From Armatimonadota bacterium (lineage in GTDB: Bacteria > Armatimonadota > Fimbriimonadia > Fimbriimonadales > GBS-DC): a stretch of 28,692 bases of DNA. Positions 27,930 through 28,692 of the stretch are shown in pieces. Position 1 is the stretch's first letter. Each line of letters opens with the position of its first letter. A model generated the notes under the pieces. That model did not search any database. It saw only the letters and a list, made by a program, of their open reading frames with translations, and had not been told where the DNA came from. The position numbers and the translations under genes were made by a program. The DNA lies in NCBI GenBank assembly GCA_037445735.1, contig JBBIJY010000030.1:1-28692 (forward strand), read 5' to 3'.

Positions 27930-28374
27930 GCACAAGAACAGAAGAGATAACATCAGATGGTCAAACGACTCTCTGGCGTATGGGTGCGCCTATGGGGTTG
28001 TCGCTGTAATCACGCTGGTCGTGGTCGTTCCTGTGTTGGTGATCTTGCAGCTCTATTTCCCGCACTACTGGTGGCTCTGGATGCTGTTAGGCACTGCTCT
28101 TTCTTTTTACATATTTGTATTTATATATATTCCAGCAATAGAAAAGACGAAAGCTCATGGGCCAAGCGAAGTGGATTGGGAAGAATTGAAGTTGTTGAGA
28201 AAGAAATATCCAAATTTATGGCGGCAGGTGGTTCAGGAGCGTCTTGAACAGGGTTTGCTTGCCACCATCAGGCATGCTCTTCGGGGTAGTCAGCGAAGCA
28301 TGGATGAAGAGTTTTTAGAGCGCGTGCGCCAGTTAGAAAGCAGCAGCACCACCGATGATGAAAGGCGCAACTAA
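27913..28374 (+). CDS. Putative immunity protein with two TM helices
   Basis: Overlaps the Rhs stop, AT-rich, AGGA 7 nt before ATG 27913, two hydrophobic segments followed by a charged tail. Confidence 0.7.
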   Translation: MGWQSRHKNRRDNIRWSNDSLAYGCAYGVVAVITLVVVVPVLVILQLYFPHYWWLWMLLGTALSFYIFVFIYIPAIEKTKAHGPSEVDWEELKLLRKKYPNLWRQVVQERLEQGLLATIRHALRGSQRSMDEEFLERVRQLESSSTTDDERRN

Positions 28375-28384
28375 GTATTATGTG

Positions 28385-28692
28385 ATGGGCAACCGTTATG
28401 GAGCAGGCAACCCTGCCTATGACGGTTTGAACCGTCTTACACAGTTCGGCGGCGCCGCCATCCAGTACGACCTGCTCGGCAACCGCTTGCAGGACGGCAG
28501 GTATCGCTATCAGTGGGACGCCCTGAACCGCCTGATAAGCATGCAAACCTACCAGCAGAGCGGACGCTTTGTGGTGATAGGCGACAGCTGGCGGTTTGCC
28601 TATCGCGCCGACGGCTTGCGGGTGGTCAAAGAGAAGGTGTCGCAGGCAGTGGGTCTGGAGGGTTCGGCAGGAGGTTCGTCGCGGGTGGAGTA
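28385..28692 (+). repeat. Orphan Rhs cassette 5' part, direct repeat of 26793-27100 (runs off window)
   Basis: 308 bp copy with about 6 mismatches by eye, open frame MGNRYGAGNPAYDGLNRL..., no obvious RBS. Confidence 0.92.

Overview
GC-rich bacterial window. The C-terminal 'GDVNGDGCVDDADLLxVLFxFG' module suggests Armatimonadota (recalled, not searched). Left part (1-20.2 kb): aroA, a secreted FG-GAP-type gene split by one in-frame TGA, a secreted protein with a dockerin-like tail, a decayed WD40 gene with the same tail, a WecB/TagA glycosyltransferase, a tandem DUF1080 protein, hicBA, a Zn-MDR oxidoreductase, an M3 oligoendopeptidase, and a minus-strand run of TMTC-like GT-C/TPR, purM, pilT, pilC, REP cluster, sigma factor and diguanylate cyclase. 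Two candidate undescribed systems stand out. (1) A SigB/F/G-type sigma factor fused to a catalytically degenerate GGDEF domain that keeps the RxxD I-site, next to an intact CBS-GGDEF cyclase and pilus genes, i.e. a possible c-di-GMP-binding sigma factor. (2) A polymorphic toxin operon (20.5 kb to end): a secreted DNRLRE-like gene whose frame depends on a G9 tract, a membrane-anchored TPR-C39 peptidase, a Sec-signal Rhs protein with a double-glycine-like leader motif, a hydrophobic toxin tip, a membrane immunity candidate, and an orphan Rhs cassette.
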